A stretch of 64,000 nt of DNA from Fidelibacterota bacterium (GTDB lineage: Bacteria > Fidelibacterota > Marinisomatia > Marinisomatales > UBA1611). A program made the position numbers and the translations under genes. The stretch is from assembly GCA_028338895.1 (NCBI GenBank), contig JAOLAV010000001.1, positions 9,315 to 73,314 on the forward strand, in the 5' to 3' direction. Of the stretch, positions 19,233-27,887 are shown in pieces. How positions within the stretch are numbered: the first letter of the stretch is position 1; every line of letters begins with the position of its first letter. The notes under the pieces were generated by a model that did no database searches, was not told the origin of the DNA, and worked only from the letters and a program-made list of their open reading frames with translations.

Positions 19233-19409
19233 TTATTCTTTGTCATAAGCAAAACCAAAACCAAAAAGTACTATCAAAAAAGGAAAATACCATCCTTGGC
19301 TTTGAATTGTTACTATTGCAAGTGTAAACCCAAATACTGTTGCAAAAAAGAGTATACCCATTAGCCTCCATCGTTGTAAGACTCTCTTCTTTTTAAACCA
19401 TTCAAGCAT
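19233..19409 (-). CDS. small membrane protein (58 aa, below track cutoff)
   Basis: Manual translation MLEWFKKKRVLQRWRLMGILFFATVFGFTLAIVTIQSQGWYFPFLIVLFGFGFAYDKE. Two TM segments. It is tandem with 19030..19212. Confidence 0.3.
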   Translation of the reverse strand: MLEWFKKKRVLQRWRLMGILFFATVFGFTLAIVTIQSQGWYFPFLIVLFGFGFAYDKE

Positions 19410-19654
19410 ATTTAAAGTTAATACAAAATGGAATAAAGATTTTATTACAGTAAATAAAGTACCATGTTTATTTTTTGAATATTTTTAGCCTGATAGACCT
19501 ATTTAGCATAACTTTTTACAACATTTTTTAAATCCTTCTCCTCACTTTAATAAAAAAATAATTTATATGATATCTAGGTATAATCAGGGAATAAAAAATG
19601 CTCCCTCTTATGATCGTCGTTTTTATTATTATGTAATGATGATTATATTCAAAT

Positions 19655-21640
19655 ATGATTCGTTATATATTCCTTATTCTTCTATCATCTATCTCTTTTT
19701 CTCAAGATATAATCGGTGAAGGACTTTCTGGACAGCCTCTACTCGATTATTTGGTGAATAATTACAAGACTTCCACAACATTAGGATATACTAATGCCAG
19801 GGATACACTTTACAAAACAATCGATATTCAGGAAGAGAATCAACTTTCGTGTGTTTATTCTGGGTACACGATAACCCTTGATATAACTCAAGACCCAAGT
19901 ACAAATGCGTATAACCAAGGAATTAACTGTGAGCATACTTATCCACAGAGTATGGGTGCATCAGAAGAACCACAAAAGAGTGATATGCATCATTTATTCC
20001 CTTGCAAATCAAATGTGAACTCATCTCGTGGAAATGATCCATATGCAGAAATACCAGATAATGATACGGATACTTGGTATCGGAATGATTATTCACAGTA
20101 TACAATACCCACAGAATACATAAATGATTTTGCAGAGAAGGATAATCCACCGAATTCGAATAATGAAGTATTTGAACCAAGAGAAGATCATAAAGGTAAT
20201 GCCTCACGGGCTATGTTTTATTTCTTTACGATGTATAACAATGTAGCAGACCAGAATTTTTGGGATATTCAAAAAAATGTATTATTAGAATGGCACTATT
20301 ATGATGAGGTCGATGATTCAGAATTAAATAGAACTTGGGCAATTGCATCCTATCAAGAGAATCAACCCAACCCATTTGTATTAGACTCTTCACTTGCCCG
20401 TCGAATATGGTTCATGGATGATGGTGGAACAGATACTTCAAGCACTGACACTTCAAATATAGATACCACCGAGTACAATATTATCATTAATGAGATAATG
20501 CAAAATCCTTTAGCCGTAGGAGATAGTGAGGGTGAATGGTTTGAGATTTATAATAATTCTTATGAGGAAGTTAATTTAAATGGTTTTACAATTAAGGATA
20601 ATGATGATGATTCCCACTTTATTACGGAAGAGACTTTGATTGGACCTCAATCATACGCTGTTTTAGGTCGTAATGCAGATACGACTACTAATGGCGGCAT
20701 AATCCTTGATTATATGTATTCTAATATGAACCTTGCAAATGGTGCTGATGAGATACTTTTAATTGACCCTTACGGGAATACAGTTGATAGTATTACCTAT
20801 GATGGTGGTAGCACATTTCCAGACCCTAATGGTGCAACGATGGCTTTACTTAATTTAAATCTTGATAATAACATTGGTAGCAGCTGGGTTGAATATGACT
20901 CATTGACTTATGGCAACGGAGATTATGGTACGCCAGGTGTATCTAATTTTGCTATAAATATAGAATGGTTATTTACTTTAAGTGAACCGGTTATCACAAT
21001 CTTAGATGATGATAATCAATGGAATCCAGAAGATACTATTTTAATTAAGATGGAACTCTGTAATAACTCCGATTACGACCACAATAATTATCCTGGAGTT
21101 ATCCTTGAAGCCGATTCAAACCTTGTAGGAATAATAAACCAAAACTGGTTTTATGGTATGATGGCAAATACTTGTGATTCAGTGGCTTGGAATGTGATAG
21201 CTAGTAATATAGAAGTTTCCACTCAGGTCAATTTTATTGCTTACCCAACAATATTAAATTGTGATAATAATCCAGAGTTTTGTTTTGAAAGCGACACGAT
21301 TAGTTTCTTTATGCCTATTAATGTTGAGACAGTCTCAAATTATGATAAGATACTGCATCCAAAAGAATACCGCTTACATCAAAATTATCCTAATCCATTC
21401 AATCCAGCTACTTCCATTCAGTATGAACTCCCCAAAGAATCATTTGTTAATGTTTACATATCAAACCTAAAGGGACAACTGATTAGAAAGCTTGTTTCTC
21501 ATAATCAAACGGCAGGATACAAATCTATTCAGTGGAATGGTGTTGACGATAAAAATAAAGTTATTTCTGCTGGGTTATACTTTTATACAATACAAGCAGG
21601 CGATTATAGTCAAACAAAGAAAATGATTTTACTTAAGTAA
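19655..21640 (+). CDS. extracellular endonuclease I family nuclease with lamin-tail-like domain and T9SS CTD
   Basis: CEHTYPQS, DMHHLFP and NSSRGN are endonuclease I motifs. IIINEIMQNP...GEWFEIYNNS...LNGFTIKD is LTD-like. C-terminal YPNPFNPATSIQY...KKMILLK. Confidence 0.8.
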   Translation: MIRYIFLILLSSISFSQDIIGEGLSGQPLLDYLVNNYKTSTTLGYTNARDTLYKTIDIQEENQLSCVYSGYTITLDITQDPSTNAYNQGINCEHTYPQSMGASEEPQKSDMHHLFPCKSNVNSSRGNDPYAEIPDNDTDTWYRNDYSQYTIPTEYINDFAEKDNPPNSNNEVFEPREDHKGNASRAMFYFFTMYNNVADQNFWDIQKNVLLEWHYYDEVDDSELNRTWAIASYQENQPNPFVLDSSLARRIWFMDDGGTDTSSTDTSNIDTTEYNIIINEIMQNPLAVGDSEGEWFEIYNNSYEEVNLNGFTIKDNDDDSHFITEETLIGPQSYAVLGRNADTTTNGGIILDYMYSNMNLANGADEILLIDPYGNTVDSITYDGGSTFPDPNGATMALLNLNLDNNIGSSWVEYDSLTYGNGDYGTPGVSNFAINIEWLFTLSEPVITILDDDNQWNPEDTILIKMELCNNSDYDHNNYPGVILEADSNLVGIINQNWFYGMMANTCDSVAWNVIASNIEVSTQVNFIAYPTILNCDNNPEFCFESDTISFFMPINVETVSNYDKILHPKEYRLHQNYPNPFNPATSIQYELPKESFVNVYISNLKGQLIRKLVSHNQTAGYKSIQWNGVDDKNKVISAGLYFYTIQAGDYSQTKKMILLK

Positions 21641-21736
21641 CTATGGGCTTTATTTTTTAATTTACCTGATTAAGGGATTACCAAATATTTAAATATTTCT
21701 TATTTTTTATTTTATTATTTTTACTTAATCTTTAGT

Positions 21737-21916
21737 ATGAAAATAACAATATTACTTACAGTGATTGGAAGCGTAGCAGGATTTGCATATGCATCAGTAT
21801 CAGGTTGTGATTCAGCTTGTTCTATTGCATCCTCAACCATGAATACAACTGTTTATGGAGCATTTGCAGGTCTAGTCCTTGCATTCCCAATCAATAAAAA
21901 AATTAAAAACAAGTAA
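21737..21916 (+). CDS. small membrane protein, DUF6132-like (59 aa, below track cutoff)
   Basis: MKITILLTVIGSVAGFAYASVSGCDSACSIASSTMNTTVYGAFAGLVLAFP: two TM segments flanking a GC..C loop. A terminator follows. Confidence 0.45.
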   Translation: MKITILLTVIGSVAGFAYASVSGCDSACSIASSTMNTTVYGAFAGLVLAFPINKKIKNK

Positions 21917-21976
21917 GTTCTTATAATTTCAGGTTAGATAGCCTAAATTATTTCTTAATTGTTTTTAAGCAATTCA

Positions 21977-21998
21977 CCCCACAATAGTGGGGTTTTTT
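21977..21998 (+). terminator. rho-independent terminator
   Basis: CCCCAC-AATA-GTGGGG followed by T6. Confidence 0.75.
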
Positions 21999-22105
21999 GT
22001 TTCTGATTACAGCCTTTTTTTGACCATATGTTTTTTTATATTTTCTGATTATGTGTGGATTTTAAAAGATCTTCATATTTAGACTAACATAAATTTTATA
22101 AAAAT

Positions 22106-22756
22106 ATGGATATAAACTCTCTTATAATGATTTCATTAGCATGTGCGGCTGGTGCGATATCTCCAGGCCCTAGCTTAATAGTCGTGATAAGAAATACGAT
22201 CGCTGGAGGACGTAAACAAGGTGTAATGACGGCAATAGGCCATGGCATCGGTCTAGGGCTTTATGCATTGATTGCAGTAATGGGTTTAGCATCTTTAGTA
22301 CTTGCGAATGAAAAGGTTTTCACTATTTTACAGCTGATTGGAGCAATAGTTTTGATCCTTCTTTCTTTTAATATGATTTTTCATAGCACTTTAAAAATAT
22401 CCAATCAGTATACAGTCAGTGGGCGACAGGGATTTATTGAAGGTTTTATGATTTCTTTTTTAAATCCTAAGATACTTGTTTTCTTTTTAGCCGTTTTTAG
22501 CCAGTTTATAAATCAGGAAATAACTAATTATAATCGGTTCATTATCGGTTTTTTAGCTGGGATTATTGATATAACCTGGTATGTACTTGTTGCGGTAGCA
22601 TTATCTGGTACTCGTCTAATTGAAAGGTTTAAAGCAAACAAGAGGCTTGTTGATCGATCAATTGGTCTCGCTCTATTTTTTCTTGCAATAATATTAATAA
22701 TCAGAACTTTAAAAATAGAAATATTTCAAGGTTTGGGAGTAGTCGCTAATGGTTAA
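22106..22756 (+). CDS. LysE/RhtB family amino-acid exporter
   Basis: GAISPGPSLIVVI N-terminal motif. About 6 TM segments and about 210 aa. Confidence 0.75.
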   Translation: MDINSLIMISLACAAGAISPGPSLIVVIRNTIAGGRKQGVMTAIGHGIGLGLYALIAVMGLASLVLANEKVFTILQLIGAIVLILLSFNMIFHSTLKISNQYTVSGRQGFIEGFMISFLNPKILVFFLAVFSQFINQEITNYNRFIIGFLAGIIDITWYVLVAVALSGTRLIERFKANKRLVDRSIGLALFFLAIILIIRTLKIEIFQGLGVVANG

Positions 22757-22825
22757 AATAAAATTGATCCTTGTACCAAAAGGTGAACTAAACTATATTT
22801 TTTACTGAGATGATAAAAGGACTTT

Positions 22826-23182
22826 ATGTTTATAAATCATAGCAAAATGACTTTTGATTTAAAGATTAATTTCAAAGGAATAGAGATTAAATCGGGATCT
22901 ATTAATTTAATTTCCTTTTTAAAAATTAACAGTCGAATTGCTAACTTAATTAACCCCATCTGCAATTTTAATGTTCATGTAAATTTTGCTGAAACTATAA
23001 TCGAGGGTTTACAAATTATCGGTGAAATTGATACAGTTTTTAATCACAAACATTTTACTATAGCACTAATGGAATTTCAAAAAACATATGAAAAAAATTG
23101 GGTCGGTCATTTTACCTACCAAGATAAAGTTGATGTATTTACCTTTAATGCTCCAAAATTTTCTGTTAAAAAAGTAAATTAA
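22826..23182 (+). CDS. hypothetical protein
   Basis: 118-aa ORF with no motif. Confidence 0.35.
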   Translation: MFINHSKMTFDLKINFKGIEIKSGSINLISFLKINSRIANLINPICNFNVHVNFAETIIEGLQIIGEIDTVFNHKHFTIALMEFQKTYEKNWVGHFTYQDKVDVFTFNAPKFSVKKVN

Positions 23183-23206
23183 ACATAATCAGGCTTATTC
23201 ATCATC

Positions 23207-23875
23207 ATGGCTAAAATATTATCATTACTTATCCTGATTGGGTGCACTTTTTTAAACGCTCAACAAGATAATTTACTTAGTCTTAAAAAAAGTAATCTAG
23301 GCGTATATATTAATAATGATAGTGATGGTTTATTTTTAGATGGTTATGCTCATTATTCATTTAGTTCAGGATTCTTTAGTGAAATTTCATTTGATCAGTA
23401 TCGTTTAAATGAGAATAAAAACACATTCTATAATTCGACATTGGGCTTACTCAAGAATGTCTCGACTAAAAGATCTTTCGGTTTAGGTTATTCTAATTAT
23501 TTTAACAATTTAAGATCAATCGAACATGAGCTTTTCTTTGGCTCCAATTTTACTTTCATATCTTCAATATTATATTATGATTTAACCAACAACCTATTTA
23601 CTTATCAAGGAATACTTGATTTAGATTCGTTTTTTAAGATTACTCCAATTGAAATTAATATTTCTTTTATTCATGATAATTCCAGTACTGATTTAATCTG
23701 CAGGCTATCTAAATCCATTAATAATAATATTTTAATCGGATATATTTTATCAAGAGAGAACTCTGAATATTTGAAAGAGATGACCTACATAAAAAATGAT
23801 AAAACAGGTATCTATAGTAAAGAAATGCAGGAGATGTCTTTTTTTCATGAAATATTTATGGGGTTTAATTTTTAA
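23207..23875 (+). CDS. putative outer-membrane beta-barrel protein
   Basis: Signal peptide ending NAQQ. Alternating aromatic pattern. C-terminal ...FMGFNF. Confidence 0.4.
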   Translation: MAKILSLLILIGCTFLNAQQDNLLSLKKSNLGVYINNDSDGLFLDGYAHYSFSSGFFSEISFDQYRLNENKNTFYNSTLGLLKNVSTKRSFGLGYSNYFNNLRSIEHELFFGSNFTFISSILYYDLTNNLFTYQGILDLDSFFKITPIEINISFIHDNSSTDLICRLSKSINNNILIGYILSRENSEYLKEMTYIKNDKTGIYSKEMQEMSFFHEIFMGFNF

Positions 23876-23898
23876 TAAAATAACAATAGGGTATCAAA

Positions 23899-24388
23899 TT
23901 GACTATTCAAGATCTTAGTAGTATTGGTGAATTAATAGCTGCGCTTGTGACTGTTCTAACATTGGGATATTTAGCGATACAACTTAAAATGAATACAAAT
24001 GTATTAAGGTCTCAAACATTTCAACAGAGCAGTATGGATATGAGTCTAACTGCTAACGCAATATCTAGTAGTAATGAACTTGCCTCAATTTTAATAAAAG
24101 CTAAAGACGGTTTGGATATCCTTAATCCCGTGGAGAGATTAAGGTTCCATTTTTTGGATGCTCGTTGCAATTAGACGTTTTGAGGCTATTTATATCCAAG
24201 GTGTTTACGGATCTATTGATCCTGTAAGGAAAAAAGGGTTTGAAAAATCTATTATCACTCTCCTTGCAAGTGGAGGTTCAAATGATTGGTGGAAAATAAC
24301 AAAAAATGCTTTTAGTCGTGATTTTGTTCAATATGCTGATGAGAAACTTTCTTCCGGTAATTTTGATGTAAGTGTTCATCCAGCATAA
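23899..24388 (+). pseudogene. hypothetical membrane-anchored protein split into two ORFs by a frameshift in a T6 run
   Basis: ORFs 23899..24174 and 24158..24388 overlap in different frames. Removing one T from T(24150-24155) gives the continuous reading ...ERLRFHFWMLVAIRRFEAIYIQ... Confidence 0.45.
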
Positions 24389-24418
24389 TAAAAATTATAA
24401 ATATAAAGTCTTTTTGAT

Positions 24419-24973
24419 ATGATAAAATATCTAATAATAATAATAGGAGTATTAATCACCTTACCTCTTATTGCGCAAAATAGAATCAAAACCTTAGGGC
24501 TTGAAAAAAATGGAGAACAAGTCTTTATTGCTATGGGAGAATGGGTTGAGGTCTCTATTTTAGATTCTGCGAGTAATAAGATTAGTGGTACATACTTAGG
24601 TATAACAGCCAATACAATTCAAATAAAACTTAGAAAAAATAAAATTGTAAATAACATACCTTTAAATAAGATTAACTCAATTTTTAAAGGAGGAATGGAT
24701 AAAAACCTTGTATTTTTTGGTATAAAGCGAGGGTTTTTAACTGCATTTACTTATGGGCAAATATTCGGTGTTGCACAGACATTAATAAAAGGTAAAAAAC
24801 TTGATACGAGTTTATTGGCCGGATTCGATTTTTTTATAAATTTAAGCTTTATTACAGTACCAGCAGGTGCTTTGACCGGTTACATGAGTAGAAAATTAAT
24901 TAGAGATAATACAAACGAATATGTGATTGGAAATCAAAATTGGATGTTTATTAGATCCGAAAATTCAAATTAG
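24419..24973 (+). CDS. hypothetical secreted/membrane protein
   Basis: Signal peptide plus C-terminal hydrophobic segments. Confidence 0.4.
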   Translation: MIKYLIIIIGVLITLPLIAQNRIKTLGLEKNGEQVFIAMGEWVEVSILDSASNKISGTYLGITANTIQIKLRKNKIVNNIPLNKINSIFKGGMDKNLVFFGIKRGFLTAFTYGQIFGVAQTLIKGKKLDTSLLAGFDFFINLSFITVPAGALTGYMSRKLIRDNTNEYVIGNQNWMFIRSENSN

Positions 24974-25064
24974 TATGTATTAATTAATAAAGAGTAAAAA
25001 TGATTTATTTAGAAGAGTAAAGTAGTTATTTTTATAGCTAAATAGAATTGGAGCAATTAAAAAT

Positions 25065-25628
25065 ATGCATAAACTAATTTTTATTCTTTTAATTTCAATA
25101 TTTTATGGAAATCAAAATTTAAATAAAAATTCTAATCAATATTTTAGAGAAAATGAAAAACTTCTAGGTGAATTAGTTGTATTTAGTGATCTAAAGTTTA
25201 ATTTACCTATCAATATAGAAAAGGTTCATTCGACAGAAGTAAATAAAACTTTAAATAAAATAGATCATTCAAAAAATAACTTTTTTACTATCGATTCAAT
25301 AAATGTTTACACAAATGAGCCCAATACATTAGGGTTATCAATCGGTAATATTAGTTTGAAAGAAAACCAATCTATAGACAGTGAATCATATAAAAATAAT
25401 TTAATGGATTTCTTTAAAACAGAAAATGTTTTCAAATCTAAATTCTTATTAAATGAAATAAATGTAATTCAATATCAAATTAACAGAAATGATTTAATGG
25501 AACTAAAATTATTTTTAATTACGAATGATCGTATTTTTTTACTAGATTTTATTATAGATAGTAAATCTTTTAATGACTCTATAGAATTCATTGAATCATT
25601 TTTATCTACAGTTCGTTTAATTAATTAA
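25065..25628 (+). CDS. hypothetical secreted protein
   Basis: Signal peptide. No motif. Confidence 0.4.
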   Translation: MHKLIFILLISIFYGNQNLNKNSNQYFRENEKLLGELVVFSDLKFNLPINIEKVHSTEVNKTLNKIDHSKNNFFTIDSINVYTNEPNTLGLSIGNISLKENQSIDSESYKNNLMDFFKTENVFKSKFLLNEINVIQYQINRNDLMELKLFLITNDRIFLLDFIIDSKSFNDSIEFIESFLSTVRLIN

Positions 25629-25640
25629 TTAGGAGCTATA

Positions 25641-25931
25641 ATGAGTATTAAAAAGATAACACAGTGTTCAGTTCTTTCTTTACTTCTTTTTGTTGCTGCT
25701 TGTTCCCCAATGACGCATGTTGTTGGTGACGGAGCTCAAGGAAATAGTGAAACAACAAAAAGACAAATGTGGATTGTAAACTTAGTCCCTCTTAACGCAG
25801 TTGATACCAATGCAATGGCAAAAGGTGCAGCTGATTACGAGATTACAACAAAGAAAACATTTATTGATTTAGTTTTAACAGGAGTTTGTCAGAACCTAAT
25901 TAGCTTTACATCTGTAACAGTTAAAAAATAA
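25641..25931 (+). CDS. small lipoprotein (possibly Bor/Iss-like)
   Basis: Lipobox FVAACS. Size and weak C-terminal similarity to Bor-family lipoproteins, judged from memory only. Confidence 0.4.
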   Translation: MSIKKITQCSVLSLLLFVAACSPMTHVVGDGAQGNSETTKRQMWIVNLVPLNAVDTNAMAKGAADYEITTKKTFIDLVLTGVCQNLISFTSVTVKK

Positions 25932-25987
25932 CTCTAAATAACTTTATCGATTTTATATCGTAGAAGTTTTAGACTTTGTAAAAAAAA

Positions 25988-26010
25988 CCCCACAATAGTG
26001 GGGTTTTTTT
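25988..26010. terminator. bidirectional rho-independent terminator
   Basis: A8-CCCCAC-AATA-GTGGGG-T7, between convergent genes. Confidence 0.75.
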
Positions 26011-26090
26011 ATATTATTTTTCTGACCATTAGACAAATAAAGTTAAAATAGCAATCCCAAGTTTAGAGACATAACTATTCTTTAAAATAA

Positions 26091-26270
26091 CTACTCGTTA
26101 CCATCTGAAATTTCTAATTGAGTTATCTTTTCGTTTTCAAATCTGTATAAAATTTTGTTAGGGTTACAACAAACTTCACAGTCCCAAATTTCGTTGTTAA
26201 ACCCATTCAATATTTCAATTTCAATATTAAATATTTGAAAACAAAAGTGGCAAGTTATTTTAATCTCCAA
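26091..26270 (-). CDS. CPXCG-like cysteine-rich small protein (59 aa, TTG start)
   Basis: Manual translation (M)EIKITCHFCFQIFNIEIEILNGFNNEIWDCEVCCNPNKILYRFENEKITQLEISDGNE. CxxC ... DCEVCC-x-P matches the CPXCG family. Confidence 0.45.
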   Translation of the reverse strand: MEIKITCHFCFQIFNIEIEILNGFNNEIWDCEVCCNPNKILYRFENEKITQLEISDGNE

Positions 26271-26561
26271 TTAGGACTCTTTTAATTAAACGGAAGTTTC
26301 TAATATTATTCTTATTTTTTCTCATCTATTGATAAAAACCTCTATTGCATTAGTTCTTTTTTTGAAATGTAAGATATTGAACCAAAAATTACGCCAACTA
26401 GTAAATGCCAAAATTCATACCCAAGTAAAAAGAATCTAAGTACATAATACAGAGAAGCTATTAGGCTAAATACCCATCCATATTTTATCATTATTGCTTG
26501 CTTTTGCTTTTTAAAACCATAATTTTAAATTACGTACATTTAACTATATCAAAGATAAACG

Positions 26562-27227
26562 CTATTCGTTTTCTATTTGAGATTCTTTTTTTGCTTGAGG
26601 TTTAACCTTCTTAATAAGATCTTCTGAAAGTGCATGTTGTAATTTCATCCAGAATACGGAATTATCGTGCTGTAAATTTTTTAATCGTTCACTTTTCCAT
26701 GCAATGAAAATGACTTCTCCTTTTGCAAGTACATCCGCTGAGGCAGGTTCTCCGGTTAAAAAACTAATTTCAGCAATAAAGGACCCTCTTCCCAAACTAG
26801 CAATTGGTTTTTTATTTACTTCAACGTTGGCCATTCCTGAAAGAACTAATAAAAGGTTATTTTGTTTTTCCCCAGAATGAATGAAGTAATCATCATTTAC
26901 TGATTTGATTGTACCCATATTCCAAAAGTAAAGAAATTCGCTTGCTGTCAAGTTTTTAAATATTCCTTCGTAGAGGTCTCTTATTTCGTCAGGAATAAAT
27001 TTTGGTCGTCTTTCTAAAAAAATTTTAAAAATATTATAAGAATTAACAATTACAAAAACAGATGTCCAAAATGATGCTGAACTATTTGCAGCATAAAAAT
27101 AATGATATGTGAAAAGAGTTATTTGTGCTGCTGTTAGTGTTATTCTTAACCATAAAACTTCTCTTATTGCAAGTGCAACGAAGGTAAGGGCATAACCAAT
27201 ATTTAGAATAATTAATGGATCATTCAT
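26562..27227 (-). CDS. membrane protein with C-terminal cyclic-nucleotide-binding domain (3 TM + cNMP)
   Basis: Three N-terminal hydrophobic helices, then a cNMP-binding-like beta-roll (LLLVLSG...GRGSFIAEISFLTGEPASADV). Confidence 0.6.
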   Translation of the reverse strand: MNDPLIILNIGYALTFVALAIREVLWLRITLTAAQITLFTYHYFYAANSSASFWTSVFVIVNSYNIFKIFLERRPKFIPDEIRDLYEGIFKNLTASEFLYFWNMGTIKSVNDDYFIHSGEKQNNLLLVLSGMANVEVNKKPIASLGRGSFIAEISFLTGEPASADVLAKGEVIFIAWKSERLKNLQHDNSVFWMKLQHALSEDLIKKVKPQAKKESQIENE

Positions 27228-27459
27228 AACAAAAGAATATCATGACTTGTCTTACCTTACATTATAAAATTATAGAATAAAGGGTGGAAAATTTATTCAA
27301 TATTGACGTTTATAAATCATATTTTTTCTAATCAGAAGGATCTTTTATTCGGTTTATTTTTATAAAAAAAAATAAATAAATATTTTATTATATTTATGAG
27401 AATAATTATACTAAGTTTCGCGGCTCGAAAAAGAACATTATTAATTAATAGGAATAAAA

Positions 27460-27579
27460 GTGCATACCAAAGGAAAAAATATTAGACGCTCCAGAAAACG
27501 ATTTATCACAGATAGGTTAAATTCAATTAGGTCACGGAACAGTCGATCGCATCCTTTTGAAAGAAAAGATGTCAAGTAA
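27460..27579 (+). CDS. possible very basic 39-aa peptide (GTG start)
   Basis: AGGA lies 7 nt upstream of the GTG. Translation HTKGKNIRRSRKRFITDRLNSIRSRNSRSHPFERKDVK. A strong terminator follows directly. Confidence 0.25.
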   Translation: MHTKGKNIRRSRKRFITDRLNSIRSRNSRSHPFERKDVK

Positions 27580-27586
27580 TACCAAA

Positions 27587-27608
27587 CCCCACATTTGTGG
27601 GGTTTTTT
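27587..27608 (+). terminator. rho-independent terminator
   Basis: CCCCACA-TTT-GTGGGG followed by T6. Confidence 0.7.
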
Positions 27609-27662
27609 ATTTATAAGGATAAATAATTAAATCATTCCAAATGGATTAATTAAATTAAAATC

Positions 27663-27881
27663 ATGAAAAATAAAAAAGAAGATATAATGAATAAAAATAA
27701 AACGTTTAGAAAACTTATAAATGGAGAAGAGACTGAAGAATTAGGTTCTGCGGTTAATCTTATAATACGTACAAAGTGTCCAAAAAAATGGATTATTGAA
27801 GATCTAGAGACAGGTCAAAGATATAGAGCAAATGGTAGTACAGAAATTGGAAAAATGTTTACTCTTATAGCCCCAGATTAA
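27663..27881 (+). CDS. hypothetical protein
   Basis: 72-aa ORF with no motif. Confidence 0.3.
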   Translation: MKNKKEDIMNKNKTFRKLINGEETEELGSAVNLIIRTKCPKKWIIEDLETGQRYRANGSTEIGKMFTLIAPD

Positions 27882-27887
27882 AAAAGT

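Noticed and set aside
25641-25931. Bor-like lipoprotein as a hint of a prophage
   Set aside because: No integrase, terminase, capsid or other phage genes are seen nearby, and the similarity is itself weak.
26342-26491. 49-aa minus-strand hydrophobic ORF (MIKYGWVFSLIASLYYVLRFF...)
   Set aside because: It is short, has no RBS or motif support, and could be chance in AT-rich DNA.
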